Assembly (NCBI GenBank): GCA_965222605.1
Contig: OZ244960.1
Location: 3,968,001 to 4,032,000 of the forward strand
DNA from: Candidatus Latescibacterota bacterium
GTDB lineage: Bacteria > Latescibacterota > UBA2968
Direction: 5' to 3'
Length of the DNA: 64,000 nt
Under the pieces are notes generated by a model that was not told the origin of the DNA, ran no database searches, and saw nothing but the letters and a program-made list of their open reading frames with translations. The translations under genes and the position numbers were made by a program. Numbering within the stretch: position 1 is the first letter of the stretch; every line of letters begins with the position of its first letter. Below, one piece after another: positions 40,142-50,857 of this stretch.

Positions 40142-41175
40142 GTTACCAGCGGGAGTTCGAAAGCCGGCTGAATGTCGGCGTTGTCGGCGTCGGGTCACAT
40201 TGTTACAGGAATATTCTGCCTGCGATGCATTATCTTCCGGTCAGGCTTCAGGCTTTTTGCGATTTGAGATTGGATCTTGCGAGAGCGACTGCGGAGGAAT
40301 ACGGCGTGGGTGCTTGTTATGCCCGCGCTGCGGATATGTATGCAGGTGAAGATCTGGATTGCGTTTTTATGTGTGTTTCTCCCGAAACACATCCAGAGTT
40401 GGCGTGCGAGGCGTTGGATGCCGGGCTGCATGTGTGGATGGAGAAGCCGCCTGCTACGCTGGCATCTGAAGTTGAGACAATGATAGGGCATCGTGGGGAG
40501 CGCGTCGTTGTTGTTGGGTTCAAGAAGGCATTTATGCCGGCGACTCGGAAGGTGATTGAGTTGATGGCTACTGAGGATTGCGGCCCGCTCAGCGGGCTTT
40601 CTGCAGAATATCCGATGACTATTCCCGAAGATGGGGAGAAGGTGCTCAGATCGCGCGAGGCACCCAACTGGCTGAAGAATGGCTGTCATCCGCTTTCGCT
40701 GCTTCTCGCTGTTGGAGGAGATGTTTCGGCTGTGACTATGCACAGAAGCGATCAGGGTGGTGGTGTGTGTGTTCTCGAATTTGCGAGTGGTGCTGTAGGG
40801 TCTTTCAATCTGGTTTCTGCGCGTCGTGGATGCGAGCGGTATGCATTTTGGGGGAAGCAGCATGTCGCGATTGATAAAGATCTTCGTGTGACTCTGGAAC
40901 GAGGTATTCCTTTTAATTATTCACGTACGAGAAGTTATATTCCCCCGGGTTTGGAGTCCGGTGCGATCTCATGGGAACCCCAGGATACGCTGGGGACTCT
41001 TGAGAACAAGGCTCTTTTCACGCAGGGCTTTTACGATGAGATGCGCTATTTCTGCGATTGTATTCTAAAAGATAGGATGGCAGAGGTCGGGTCCCTGGAG
41101 TTCGCGCTGTCTGTTATGAAAGTTTATGAGGCGGCACTGCTGTCGGGAGGGCGCAGGGTCGCGATCTCTAATTGA
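40138..41175 (+). CDS. Gfo/Idh/MocA family oxidoreductase
   Basis: [23 protein letters not shown]. Confidence 0.9.
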   Translation: MSYQREFESRLNVGVVGVGSHCYRNILPAMHYLPVRLQAFCDLRLDLARATAEEYGVGACYARAADMYAGEDLDCVFMCVSPETHPELACEALDAGLHVWMEKPPATLASEVETMIGHRGERVVVVGFKKAFMPATRKVIELMATEDCGPLSGLSAEYPMTIPEDGEKVLRSREAPNWLKNGCHPLSLLLAVGGDVSAVTMHRSDQGGGVCVLEFASGAVGSFNLVSARRGCERYAFWGKQHVAIDKDLRVTLERGIPFNYSRTRSYIPPGLESGAISWEPQDTLGTLENKALFTQGFYDEMRYFCDCILKDRMAEVGSLEFALSVMKVYEAALLSGGRRVAISN

Positions 41176-41194
41176 CGATTTTCGAGGAGTTTTT

Positions 41195-42007
41195 ATGGAT
41201 CGTTTGAAAGATAAAGTTGCCATTGTCACGGGTGCGGGTACGCGCGAGATGGAGGATAGGAAATTGAGAGGTGTAGGGAGTGCGACTGCTGTACTTTTTG
41301 CGCGCGAAGGTGCAAAGGTAATTCTGGCGGATATTGACGAGGAAAATGCGAAGAGGACCCAGGCGGAGATTCGAGCGGAGGGTGGAGAGGCAGAGATCGT
41401 TTTGGCCGATGTTTCAAAGACGGATCAATGTCGGGCGATTGTGGAAGCGGCAGTTGAACACTATGGGAAATTGGATATTTTGTTTAATAATGTGGGGATT
41501 CACGGGTCTGGCAGGGTGACAGAAATCGATGAGGAGAACTGGCACCGCGTGATGGATGTGGGGCTTAAGAGTATGGTTTTTTTGTGCAAGTACGCCATTC
41601 CCGAGATGGCGGCGTCTGGCGGCGGTTCTGTTATTAATATTTCGTCTATTGACGGTATGCGCGCTGGCAGTTCGCGCAATGTTCCCTATGGTATTACCAA
41701 GGGGGGTATTATTACGCTGACGCGACTGGCTGCGGTTCACCACGGGCGCGAAAATGTGCGTGTGAATAGCATTGCACCCGGGCATCTTCACACGACTTTT
41801 GTCGGTCAGATTCCCCAGGAATTGCGAGAGCGCCGCCGAAAGATCGCGCCGCTCGGCACAGAGGGCAATGCATGGGATATTGCCTGGGCAGCGGTGTTTT
41901 TGGGTAGCGATGAGTCGCGCTGGATATCGGGCGTGGTCTTGCCTGTGGATGCCGGGCTTTTTGCAGGGTCGCCGCTGTCTATGTACGATAATTTGAATGA
42001 GGAATAG
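41195..42007 (+). CDS. Short-chain dehydrogenase/reductase
   Basis: VAIVTGAG..GVG, NNVG, NISS, YGITK. Confidence 0.92.
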   Translation: MDRLKDKVAIVTGAGTREMEDRKLRGVGSATAVLFAREGAKVILADIDEENAKRTQAEIRAEGGEAEIVLADVSKTDQCRAIVEAAVEHYGKLDILFNNVGIHGSGRVTEIDEENWHRVMDVGLKSMVFLCKYAIPEMAASGGGSVINISSIDGMRAGSSRNVPYGITKGGIITLTRLAAVHHGRENVRVNSIAPGHLHTTFVGQIPQELRERRRKIAPLGTEGNAWDIAWAAVFLGSDESRWISGVVLPVDAGLFAGSPLSMYDNLNEE

Positions 42008-42032
42008 GTAAAACTAAAAACAAGGAGTTTCT

Positions 42033-42869
42033 ATGGCTTATAAATTTCAACCCGGCAAGATGTATCGCATGCCCACGCATTTCGGCCCGCTTATGGGACC
42101 TCGTCAGGGTCCAGATGGTCGCAAATTTGAATGTAAGGACAATCCCAAAAATACTTCGGTTTCGGTGTCTTTTCTGTCCAATGCGGAGCAGCTCAAAGCG
42201 CTTTTGCCCGATTGTTTTGAACTCGGCGGGAAGCCCGTTGTTACGGTGTATGCCAATTATATGAAGGAAATTGAATGGCTGGCTGGGCGCGGTTACAATA
42301 TTCTCGGTGTTACTTTTCCAGCGGTGTTTAAGGGGCAGAAAGACCATGTTCGCGGGCCTTTTCTGTCCGTGCTCTGGGAAAATCTCTGTGACCCGATTAT
42401 TACCGGGCGCGAGGAACTCGGGTTTTCAAAAATCTATTGCGAGATGCCCGAGCCGCGTATTACGAGCAGCGAAGCGCAGGCTGTTGCGGGTTGGTTGGGG
42501 TTCAATTTTCTGGATATTTCGGTGACAAATCTGAGGCCAAAATCCGAAGATCCGACACCTGCGAAGGGCGGTGGCGCGAAGGTTGATGGTACGCTTCACT
42601 ACAAATATATGCCCCGAACGGGTGTATGGGGTACAGAGGATATTGCCTATCCGGTTATTACGCCTGCGACGGGGGGGCATCGAAAGGTTGAAGAGCATTT
42701 AATCGGCGATGGATGTGTTACGTGGAATCGCGCGCGTTGGGAAGACCTGCCTACGATGTATAATATTGTCAATGCGTTGGCCGATTTGGAGGTTGTCGAG
42801 TATTTGGGCGGGTCGCTTACGCGCACGGTTGGCGGCAAGGATTTGAGCGATCAACGCATTTTGTGTTAG
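42033..42869 (+). CDS. Acetoacetate decarboxylase-like family protein
   Basis: MP.HFGP, ALLP, GREELGFSK (Schiff-base Lys region). Confidence 0.8.
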   Translation: MAYKFQPGKMYRMPTHFGPLMGPRQGPDGRKFECKDNPKNTSVSVSFLSNAEQLKALLPDCFELGGKPVVTVYANYMKEIEWLAGRGYNILGVTFPAVFKGQKDHVRGPFLSVLWENLCDPIITGREELGFSKIYCEMPEPRITSSEAQAVAGWLGFNFLDISVTNLRPKSEDPTPAKGGGAKVDGTLHYKYMPRTGVWGTEDIAYPVITPATGGHRKVEEHLIGDGCVTWNRARWEDLPTMYNIVNALADLEVVEYLGGSLTRTVGGKDLSDQRILC

Positions 42870-43693
42870 TGAACCATAGTTGCTCCGCCCGATACGCTGA
42901 TTGCCTGTCCGGTCATGTAATCGCCATCGGATGAAGCCAAAAATGCAGCGACGTTTGCCACATCTTCTGGCTGTCCAATGCGACCGAGTGGGTTGTTCTG
43001 AGAGGAGCGTTCGACCATTCGCGCTTGAAATTCCTCGGTCGATGTTCCTCTGGGTTTTAATCCGCTGGCTATGCCGTGCAGGCGTTCGGTTTCAATGAGG
43101 CCGGGGCAAATTGCGTTGACGTGGATGCCATAGGGACCCATTTCCTGGGCGAGGCATTGCGTGAACCCGATGACGGCAAATTTTGAGGTGCAATAGGCCG
43201 CGAATCTGGCGACTCCGCGCAGTCCCGAGGTTGATGAGATGTTGATAATTTTGCCCCCATTGTTTCGCTGGATGAGGTGGCGGACAACGGCGCGGGAACA
43301 CAAGAAGGTGCCTTTGACGTTTACGCGCTGAACGTGGTCGAAGACGTCTTCTTCTAATTCGGCAACGGGTACGCGGTCTGGCCCGGCGGGGGCACCCGCG
43401 TTGTTGACGAGAATGTCGATTTTGCCAAAGCGCGCGAGTGCAGTGTTCACCATTTGTTCGACTTGCTCTGCGCTGGTTACATCGACTTCTGTTGCGAGAA
43501 CCTGTCGTCCTATTGCTTCGATTTCTTCGGCAACCGCGGGCAATCCAGCCCAATCGCCGCGGGCATTTGCATCTATATCACAGATAACGATATCGGCGCC
43601 TTCTCGTGCAAAACGCAGCGCAATTGCACGCCCAATGCCGTGTTCACCACCGGCACCGGTTATCAGGGCGACTTTGTTTTTGAGATTGGACAT
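42866..43693 (-). CDS. Short-chain dehydrogenase/reductase (FabG-like)
   Basis: TGAGGEHGIG, NNAG, NISS, YCTSK. Confidence 0.92.
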   Translation of the reverse strand: MSNLKNKVALITGAGGEHGIGRAIALRFAREGADIVICDIDANARGDWAGLPAVAEEIEAIGRQVLATEVDVTSAEQVEQMVNTALARFGKIDILVNNAGAPAGPDRVPVAELEEDVFDHVQRVNVKGTFLCSRAVVRHLIQRNNGGKIINISSTSGLRGVARFAAYCTSKFAVIGFTQCLAQEMGPYGIHVNAICPGLIETERLHGIASGLKPRGTSTEEFQARMVERSSQNNPLGRIGQPEDVANVAAFLASSDGDYMTGQAISVSGGATMVH

Positions 43694-43774
43694 TTCTTCC
43701 CTTTCGCATGAAGTTGATGATGTCTATTATAGTGGGTCGTGAGAAAGAACGCAACAAGACCGAGAGGATGTGTT

Positions 43775-46579
43775 ATGGAATACACTGTTTTGTCAAAAAC
43801 AGGCTCGACGCGTGGCACGGCTTATGGGATGAGCAATAAAATTATTACGCACGAAGGCAAGACGCATGTGGTGTGGCTGGATCAGATTCACAAGACGTAT
43901 GTGGCAACATATTGTCACGAGGCGAAAACGTGGAGCGATCCAGTTTTTGTGGCAGATGGGGATGATAATCACGCGGGTGCAGCGATGACAATGGATTCCA
44001 GAGGGTATCTCTATCTCGCGTTTGGGCCGCATCACAATCCGATGCAACACGCGGTGAGTGTGAATCCCAATGATACGTCCGAGTGGAGACTGCTTACCCC
44101 TTTTGGCGGTGTGAATGCGACGTATCCCAGTCTGGTGTGTGATGCGCGCGATGTGTTGCACGCGTGTTATCGGGGGGCGTATGAGCGCGAGCGGCCCTGG
44201 GGTCTGTTTTATCAGAAGCGGTCTGTGGATGGGGATTGGGCAGTGCCGGTGAAGTTGGTCGATCCTCTGGGACCGCCAGCTTATGTACATGTTGAGAATT
44301 GTATCCATATTGAGGGCGATGTACTGTATTTGTCTTTTCACCTGGCGCGGAGCAACGAGGATAATCCGGGAGATACAAAGGGTCGCGGATTTGGCATTAT
44401 GCGGTCACGCGATTGGGGTGAGACATGGGAGACTGTGGCGGGGGAGAGACTCGACTTACCCGTGACACCAGATTCTCCGTGTGTGATTGAATACAGCGAT
44501 GGGTTCGATATTCGTATTGGCAATGTGGTGACCTGTGCGGGCGATGTGGTACTTTTTACGTTGAACCGGCGAGAGTGCGAGGCCGACGAGACGTTTTTGT
44601 ATCGCTGGCAAAAGGGGAAATGGGAGCGCAAGTCTTTTTTGCCTTTGGCTGAGAAAGTTTTTGGGCTGTGTGCGATGTCAGATCGGTGTGTGTTGAGTGT
44701 GTCAAAGGATGGGGTGCTGTACGCGGCGGGTGTGGTGTGTAAGCGCGGCGGGCATTGGGCCGATCCGACAAATGCGATTGTGTTGTTTGTATCGCGGGAT
44801 GTGGGTGAGACCTGGCGGGCATACCGGGTTTCGCCGGAAGACGAGACGGTATCAGACTGGTTGCCGAGTTTGGAACGTTGTGCTACGCCCGCGAATAAGA
44901 TTGGGGTTCCCCAGCTTTTGTACACGCACGGTGAAATAGGTGAAGGGTGTAGCCCGGATATTGATACGGAGATTCGGCATGTGTTTTTGGACGAGGTTGC
45001 CGAGCGCGAAAATGCACTGGTGGATCGCGCTGTATCGGGGTTGGCAGATATTGCCCGGTTGCCATTTCCCAGGGCGCAATGGCAAAAGGTACGGGGACAA
45101 ATTGAAAAACAGGGACGGCAATATGTTGCTTTGCGCAATGTGCCGGTGGGGTATGATGTTGAGCCACCTCTGGTGTTTTTGCCTGGGGATGTGCCCGAGG
45201 GCGAACAGCAGCCGTTTGTGCTGAGTGACGCAAATATTGCGCGGCCAGATGACGACGATGAGTTGGCTTTTTTGCCTGCGAGTTCTCTTGCGCGTTTGGT
45301 TGAGCAGAGGGAGATTTCTCCGGTTGAGTTGACGCGGTTGTATCTGGATCGTCTTACGCGTTATGGCGAGAAACTGAAGTGTGTGGTAACGCTGACAGAA
45401 GATCTGGCGATGGAACAGGCAAAAGCCGCTGAGGCGGAGATCGCAAAAGGCAATTATAGAGGTCCTTTACACGGCATTCCCTGGGGGGCGAAAGATTTGC
45501 TGAGCACAAAGGGTGTTCGCACAACGTGGGGTGCCACGCCGTTTAGAGATCGGGTGCCGGATGAGGATGCGAGTGTGGTGAAAAAATTGAGACAGGCGGG
45601 TGCTGTTCTGGTCGCCAAGTTGTCACTCGGTGCGCTGGCGTCGGGACCGACGTGGTTTAAGGGTATGACGCGCAATCCGTGGGATACCGAGACGGGATCG
45701 AGTGGGTCGTCGGCTGGCTCTGGCGCGGCAACCGCGGCGGGATTGGTGGGGTTCAGTATCGGGTCTGAAACACACGGTTCTATTGTATCGCCGAGCCACA
45801 CATGCGGTGTGGTGGGGTTGCGCCCGACTTATGGGCGCGTGAGTCGTTATGGGGCGATGGCGCTGAGCTGGACAATGGATAAATTGGGGCCTATGTGCCG
45901 CAGCGTGGAGGATTGTGCTGCGGTGTTTCACGCGATTTGTGGATCAGATGGGAGGGATCGCTCGGTGGTGGATGCGCCGTTTAACTGGTGTCCCGATGTG
46001 GATTTGTCTGCGTTGCGGATTGGGTATCTGACTTCTGAGTTTCAGGAGGAAGCAGATGGCGATGATCCCACTGGTGTTTATGCCGATGCGCTGGATGTGA
46101 TGCGCGGTTTGGGTGCTGATTTACAACCCGTTTTGTTGCCGGATTATCCGACGGATGCGATTACGATGGTGCTTCGGGTTGAAGCTTCCGCGATGTTTGA
46201 CGATGCAATGCTGCGCGGCGAGTTGGATGTGATGACGGAATCGGATAAGAGTGTGTGGCCCGATAATTTTCGGGCGGCGCGCGCGGTGACGGCTGTGGAG
46301 TATTTGCGGGCGCAGCGTTTGAGGGCTTTGCTGATGCGCGATGTGGCACAGGTGATGCAAAACTGGGATGCGGTGCTGGTGCCGCGTGGTGGCAGAACGA
46401 GTTTGGCTGTGACTAATTTGACGGGACATCCCGCGGTTATTTTGCCGTGTGGGTTTGCCGAGGGTACGCCGAGAGGGTTGACTTTTTTGGGGAACCTGTA
46501 CGATGAAACGACGATTCTAACTGTTGCACGGGCTTATGAACAGGCTACTGATTGGCACGCGATGCATCCGATAGTATGA
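43775..46579 (+). CDS. BNR-repeat beta-propeller fused to an amidase-signature domain
   Basis: DNHAG, SRDWGETW, SRDVGETW Asp-boxes; GPLHGIPWGAKD, SSGSSAGS, SETHGSI, GLRPTYGRVSR. Confidence 0.85.
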   Translation: MEYTVLSKTGSTRGTAYGMSNKIITHEGKTHVVWLDQIHKTYVATYCHEAKTWSDPVFVADGDDNHAGAAMTMDSRGYLYLAFGPHHNPMQHAVSVNPNDTSEWRLLTPFGGVNATYPSLVCDARDVLHACYRGAYERERPWGLFYQKRSVDGDWAVPVKLVDPLGPPAYVHVENCIHIEGDVLYLSFHLARSNEDNPGDTKGRGFGIMRSRDWGETWETVAGERLDLPVTPDSPCVIEYSDGFDIRIGNVVTCAGDVVLFTLNRRECEADETFLYRWQKGKWERKSFLPLAEKVFGLCAMSDRCVLSVSKDGVLYAAGVVCKRGGHWADPTNAIVLFVSRDVGETWRAYRVSPEDETVSDWLPSLERCATPANKIGVPQLLYTHGEIGEGCSPDIDTEIRHVFLDEVAERENALVDRAVSGLADIARLPFPRAQWQKVRGQIEKQGRQYVALRNVPVGYDVEPPLVFLPGDVPEGEQQPFVLSDANIARPDDDDELAFLPASSLARLVEQREISPVELTRLYLDRLTRYGEKLKCVVTLTEDLAMEQAKAAEAEIAKGNYRGPLHGIPWGAKDLLSTKGVRTTWGATPFRDRVPDEDASVVKKLRQAGAVLVAKLSLGALASGPTWFKGMTRNPWDTETGSSGSSAGSGAATAAGLVGFSIGSETHGSIVSPSHTCGVVGLRPTYGRVSRYGAMALSWTMDKLGPMCRSVEDCAAVFHAICGSDGRDRSVVDAPFNWCPDVDLSALRIGYLTSEFQEEADGDDPTGVYADALDVMRGLGADLQPVLLPDYPTDAITMVLRVEASAMFDDAMLRGELDVMTESDKSVWPDNFRAARAVTAVEYLRAQRLRALLMRDVAQVMQNWDAVLVPRGGRTSLAVTNLTGHPAVILPCGFAEGTPRGLTFLGNLYDETTILTVARAYEQATDWHAMHPIV

Positions 46580-46585
46580 GGGGTG

Positions 46586-47452
46586 TTACTCATTTAGTAC
46601 AGATAAGAGGAATTCGCCGTAGCTGTTTTGCGCCATTGTTTGCGCTATTTGTTCGAGTTGTGCGGCGTCGATGTATCCCCGACGATAGGCGATTTCTTCG
46701 ATGCACGCAATTTTGAGGCCCTGACGTTCTTGAATTGCCTGGACAAAACCCGATGCCTGGTGAAGCGATTCAAATGTGCCGGTGTCGAGCCAGCAATACC
46801 CGCGGCCGAGCAATTCGACTGCGAGTTGTTTGCGTTTGAGATATTCTTCGTTCACATCGGTGATTTCGTATTCTCCACGGGCCGAGGGCGTGAGGTTGCG
46901 GGCAATGTCAACGACCTGGTTGTCATAAAAATACAGACCGGGAACGGCGTAGCGCGATTTGGGGTGTTCGGGTTTTTCTTCTATGCCGATGACGCGGCCT
47001 TTGCTGTCAAATTCGATGACGCCATATCGCTCGGGGTCGGTTACTGCATATCCAAAGATGAGACCGCCTTCGGTGAGTTGTCCCGCCCGGTGTAATATTT
47101 CGCCGAGTCCATGGCCGTAGAAGATGTTGTCACCGAAGATTAAGCAGGCGGGATCGTTGCCTATAAAATCGCTTCCGATCACAAATGACTGGGCAACGCC
47201 TTCGGGACGCGGTTGTTCGGCATAGGTGATGTTGAGGCCGAGATAGGAGCCGTCATCGAATAATCGCCGATAGAGGGGCAGGTCGTGGGGTGTGGAGATG
47301 ATCAAGATATCGCGGATGCCAGCCAGCATGAGGACGGAGAGGGGATAGTAGATCATGGGTTTGTCGTAAACGGGCTGGAGTTGTTTGCTGACCACGCGCG
47401 TGATGGGATAGAGGCGGGTGCCAGCCCCGCCTGCGAGTAAGATGCCTTTCAT
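46586..47452 (-). CDS. rfbA: Glucose-1-phosphate thymidylyltransferase
   Basis: [52 protein letters not shown]. Confidence 0.96.
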   Translation of the reverse strand: MKGILLAGGAGTRLYPITRVVSKQLQPVYDKPMIYYPLSVLMLAGIRDILIISTPHDLPLYRRLFDDGSYLGLNITYAEQPRPEGVAQSFVIGSDFIGNDPACLIFGDNIFYGHGLGEILHRAGQLTEGGLIFGYAVTDPERYGVIEFDSKGRVIGIEEKPEHPKSRYAVPGLYFYDNQVVDIARNLTPSARGEYEITDVNEEYLKRKQLAVELLGRGYCWLDTGTFESLHQASGFVQAIQERQGLKIACIEEIAYRRGYIDAAQLEQIAQTMAQNSYGEFLLSVLNE

Positions 47453-47558
47453 ATATGTCTCCTGAAGGTTAGGCGTTAAATATGGACACTGGTATGCGAT
47501 ATTGTCAAGCAGTAGAACACATGATCTGGTATTTGGTTCGGTTTTTAAGGAGGTGATT

Positions 47559-48389
47559 ATGAGCGATAAAGGGTATGCGAATCCCGAGTTGTTGATCTCG
47601 CCGCGGGATTTGTACGAGAGCGATGCCGATGTCTGCATTGTGGATACGCGGCCGACGCATGCTTATGTCGCCGGGCATATTCCGGGTGCGCTTCATCTGG
47701 ATCTTTACGGGATCAGTTTGAACGATACGCGCGAAGAGGCATTTGATGCGTTTATGTGGATGCTCGGTTATTTGCTGGGCAATCGGGGTATTGGTACGGA
47801 TAAACCGGTGGTTTGGTACGAAGACGATTCCGGGGTACGCGCGGCGCGCGGTCTGTGGATTTGTGAATATCTGGGACATCGCGATGTGCGTGTGCTGGAT
47901 GGGGGGTGCAATGCCTGGAAGGCCATGGGTTATGAGTTGACGACGGATTGCGAGGAGGCCGCGTCCGCGGAGTTTGTCGCAGATGCGGTGCCGGGGCGTC
48001 ACATGGGGGCCGATGTCTTAAATGGTCTTTTGGGACGCGAGGATGTTGTGCCTCTGGATACGCGCGGTGACGATGAGTATTTCGGGCGCAATGTGCGGGC
48101 TGCGCGAGGGGGTGCTATTCCGGGTGCTGTGCATGTTGAGTATTTGAACAATCTGGATGAGACGGGGGCGTTTAAGCCAGCAGATGAATTGCGGGCGATG
48201 TACGAGGCAGTGGGTATTTCGCCCGATAAGGAGATTGTGCCTTACTGACAGGGTGGGTACCGCTCTTCCCACACGTACCTGGCATTGCGGTTGCTGGGTT
48301 ATGAGAAGGTTCGAAATTATATCGGGTCGTGGAAAGAGTGGGGTGACCGGCTGGATTTGCCGGTTGAGATGCCTGAGGAAGGGGAATAG
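47559..48389 (+). CDS. Two-domain sulfurtransferase (rhodanese) with selenocysteine at the active site
   Basis: GHIPGA twice; in-frame TGA at 48246-48248 in PY-U-QGGYRS, followed in frame by the rhodanese signature [11 protein letters not shown] and TAG at 48387-48389. Confidence 0.88.
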
Positions 48390-48393
48390 TAAA

Positions 48394-50739
48394 ATGGTAG
48401 ATCGAAAAACTATTTTGATGCAGGCGATGCGCGGCGATATAACTGTTGATGAGGCAGCCGATCAATTGGGTATTTCGCGCGGAGCGTTTCGGGATTTTCA
48501 ACGGCGGTTTTTGCGTCAAAAATTGCCCAAAACGCAGGAGATGGTCAAAGCACCGGTGGATCAGCCGGTGACGGTGTTGCGCGATCGATGGGGTGTGGCG
48601 CATATCGAAGCGGCTTCGATGGCGGATTGTTTTACTGCGCTGGGATATGCTATGGCGCAGGATCGGCTGTGGCAGATGGATTATATGCGGCGGTTGGCAC
48701 ACGGGCAATTGTCGGAGATTTTGGGGGCAGATTGTCTGGCGCAGGATCGCTTGCATCGAACGATTGGTTTGACGCGCGCGGCACAGGGTGCGGCTTCGGC
48801 GATGTCGGATGAGGTGAAGATGGTGTTGCAGTCTCTGGGCGGCGGTATTAATGCGTGGATGGAAGAGATGGGTGATCGGCGTTGTGTTGAGTTTGATTTG
48901 CTGGATTACGATCCCGCGCCGTGGACGGTGGTGGATTCGATTGCGATATGGAAATGGCGGTGGTGGATGCTGACGGGGCGGCTGAGTGGGGTTGCGGTAA
49001 ATGAGGCGGCCAAACGCCATTTGCCTCCCGATTTGTTCGATCTGTTTTTGACTACAGAGGCATCGGAAGAGACCATTGTTCCGTCTGATGAACCGGCTGG
49101 TGTGGGGGGATACGATACGGGGATTGGTAGCAATAATTGGGTGATTGGGGGCGAGCGGACGGCGAATGGCAAACCCGTGCTGGCAACGGATCCGCACAAT
49201 GATGTGAGTTTGTGCAGGCAGTGGTATCAGGCGCAGGTGCGTGCGCCGGGTATGGATGCAGTGGGTGCGTTTTTTTTGGGGACGCCGGGCATTTATCTGG
49301 GGCATACGCGCGATACGGCGTGGGGTGTGACCAATCACGCGGCTTCGGTGCGCGATGTGTACGTTGAAGAGGTGTCGTCAGAGGATGAGAATTTGTATCG
49401 GGATGGCGATACATGGTGTTCGTTTGAGGTGGATGAACAGGCGATTCCCGTGCGCGATGCCTCAGCGGATGAGCTGGTGATTCGTCGAACTCGTCGCGGC
49501 CCGGTTGTCAATGAGTTTGTGCCTGCCGTAGATGATGGCGAGCAACCCGTGCTGTCTATGCGCTGGGTGGGGTCTGAAGCGACTACGGGATTTGAGGCGA
49601 TGCTGGGGCTGATGCGGTCGAAAGATGTCGCACAGGTTTTGGATGCGCTCGCTAGATGGCCGATGCCCATTTTGAATTTTGTGTTTGCCGATTCCGATGG
49701 ACGGCTTGGATATCACGCGGTTGGGCATGTGCCAACGCGCAAGGCGGGAGACTTTGGGTTCCGAGCAGCAAATGATCCGGATCACGAATGGGGGGCACCG
49801 CATGCTTTTGACGAATTGCCGCATCTGGTGGATCCCGAACGCAATTGGGTGGCGACGGCAAATAATCCACCGTGGGGTGGCCGAGGTTCTTATCTGTCGC
49901 TGGGTTCGTGGTCGGAGGGATATCGATTTCGGCGGATTAAGGCGCGTATTGAGGAATTGGAGACACATACGCAGGAGAGTACGGGTGCCATTCATGCCGA
50001 TTTCGTACACGGTCGCGGGCAAGACCTGGCGCCGGTTGTCGCAGAGATCGCACTGAGAGCGAAAAATAAACGCTTGCGCGATCTGGGTGAGTTATTGCGC
50101 GGCTGGAATGGCGCGTATTCGGTTGATTCGGTTGCCGCTACGGTGTTTACGGCATTTTGGGAGCATTGGGTGCGCCGGGTGGTGCGGGTTCGGTTTCCCG
50201 ACGATGTGGTTCAATTGGTGGTGGGGCGAGGTGGCAGTGTGGCGCGGCGTGTGTTGACGGGCCAGGCGTTGGACTGGACGCCGGACGATTGGGATCTCGA
50301 TCGGGAGGTGCATGCGGCATTGGGCGATGCACTCGATTGGTTGCGCCGACGCGTGGGTCCGCGCAAATCGCAGTGGCGCTGGGGGCGTTTGCACACTGTA
50401 ACTTTTCGGCATCCACTGAGTGATGGCGGGGCGTTGTCAAAGATGTTTGATGTGGGGCCTTTTGAGTCGTCGGGGAGTACGGGAACTGTGCGCGCGACGG
50501 GGTATAATTTTGGCAAGCTGTTTGAGGTTGGGTCGCTTTCAACCTATCGGATGGTGGTGGATATGAGCAATCCTGCTCAGAGTATGGCGACGGCGGCAGG
50601 CGGACAGTCGGGGCATCCGCTCAGTCCAAATTATCGCACGCAGTCCGAATTGTGGGCCGCCGATGAGTACCACCCTCTGCTGATGGATTGGGAAGATATA
50701 GTGGGAAATTTACAAAGCAGGTTGGAGCTGAATCCGTAG
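48394..50739 (+). CDS. Penicillin acylase (Ntn-hydrolase S45) family protein with N-terminal HTH-like segment
   Basis: RDRWGVAHI, GYAMAQDRLWQMD, G-SNNW nucleophile, DPH, ATANN, GQSGHP. Confidence 0.92.
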   Translation: MVDRKTILMQAMRGDITVDEAADQLGISRGAFRDFQRRFLRQKLPKTQEMVKAPVDQPVTVLRDRWGVAHIEAASMADCFTALGYAMAQDRLWQMDYMRRLAHGQLSEILGADCLAQDRLHRTIGLTRAAQGAASAMSDEVKMVLQSLGGGINAWMEEMGDRRCVEFDLLDYDPAPWTVVDSIAIWKWRWWMLTGRLSGVAVNEAAKRHLPPDLFDLFLTTEASEETIVPSDEPAGVGGYDTGIGSNNWVIGGERTANGKPVLATDPHNDVSLCRQWYQAQVRAPGMDAVGAFFLGTPGIYLGHTRDTAWGVTNHAASVRDVYVEEVSSEDENLYRDGDTWCSFEVDEQAIPVRDASADELVIRRTRRGPVVNEFVPAVDDGEQPVLSMRWVGSEATTGFEAMLGLMRSKDVAQVLDALARWPMPILNFVFADSDGRLGYHAVGHVPTRKAGDFGFRAANDPDHEWGAPHAFDELPHLVDPERNWVATANNPPWGGRGSYLSLGSWSEGYRFRRIKARIEELETHTQESTGAIHADFVHGRGQDLAPVVAEIALRAKNKRLRDLGELLRGWNGAYSVDSVAATVFTAFWEHWVRRVVRVRFPDDVVQLVVGRGGSVARRVLTGQALDWTPDDWDLDREVHAALGDALDWLRRRVGPRKSQWRWGRLHTVTFRHPLSDGGALSKMFDVGPFESSGSTGTVRATGYNFGKLFEVGSLSTYRMVVDMSNPAQSMATAAGGQSGHPLSPNYRTQSELWAADEYHPLLMDWEDIVGNLQSRLELNP

Positions 50740-50741
50740 TC

Positions 50742-50757
50742 TGGCACGGTGTTTGCA
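50742..50757 (+). promoter_or_regulatory. Sigma54 (-24/-12) promoter
   Basis: TGGCACGGTGTTTGCA, consensus with GG-N10-GC spacing, about 100 bp upstream of the CDS at 50858. Confidence 0.7.
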
Positions 50758-50857
50758 CAACTGATATGGTACCAGATTTTGGTCGTTTTTTGGTCGTTTT
50801 TTTCAATAGCAGGACAATTTTTTCATTTTGTTACCACACTGTGAGGAGTTTTGGCAT

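Noticed and set aside
46586-47452. rfbA as part of the central island
   Set aside because: It is 12 kb away on the opposite strand, has host-like composition and has no rfbBCD beside it.
48246-48248. Nonsense mutation (pseudogene) explanation for the sulfurtransferase and the redoxin at 58580
   Set aside because: Both stops are UGA exactly at catalytic Cys positions with intact downstream frames, which is better explained by Sec.
48157-48393. 79-aa N-terminal extension of the acylase given in the ORF track
   Set aside because: It overlaps the true C-terminus of the Sec sulfurtransferase in another frame; ATG 48394 with an upstream purine-rich RBS is the better start.
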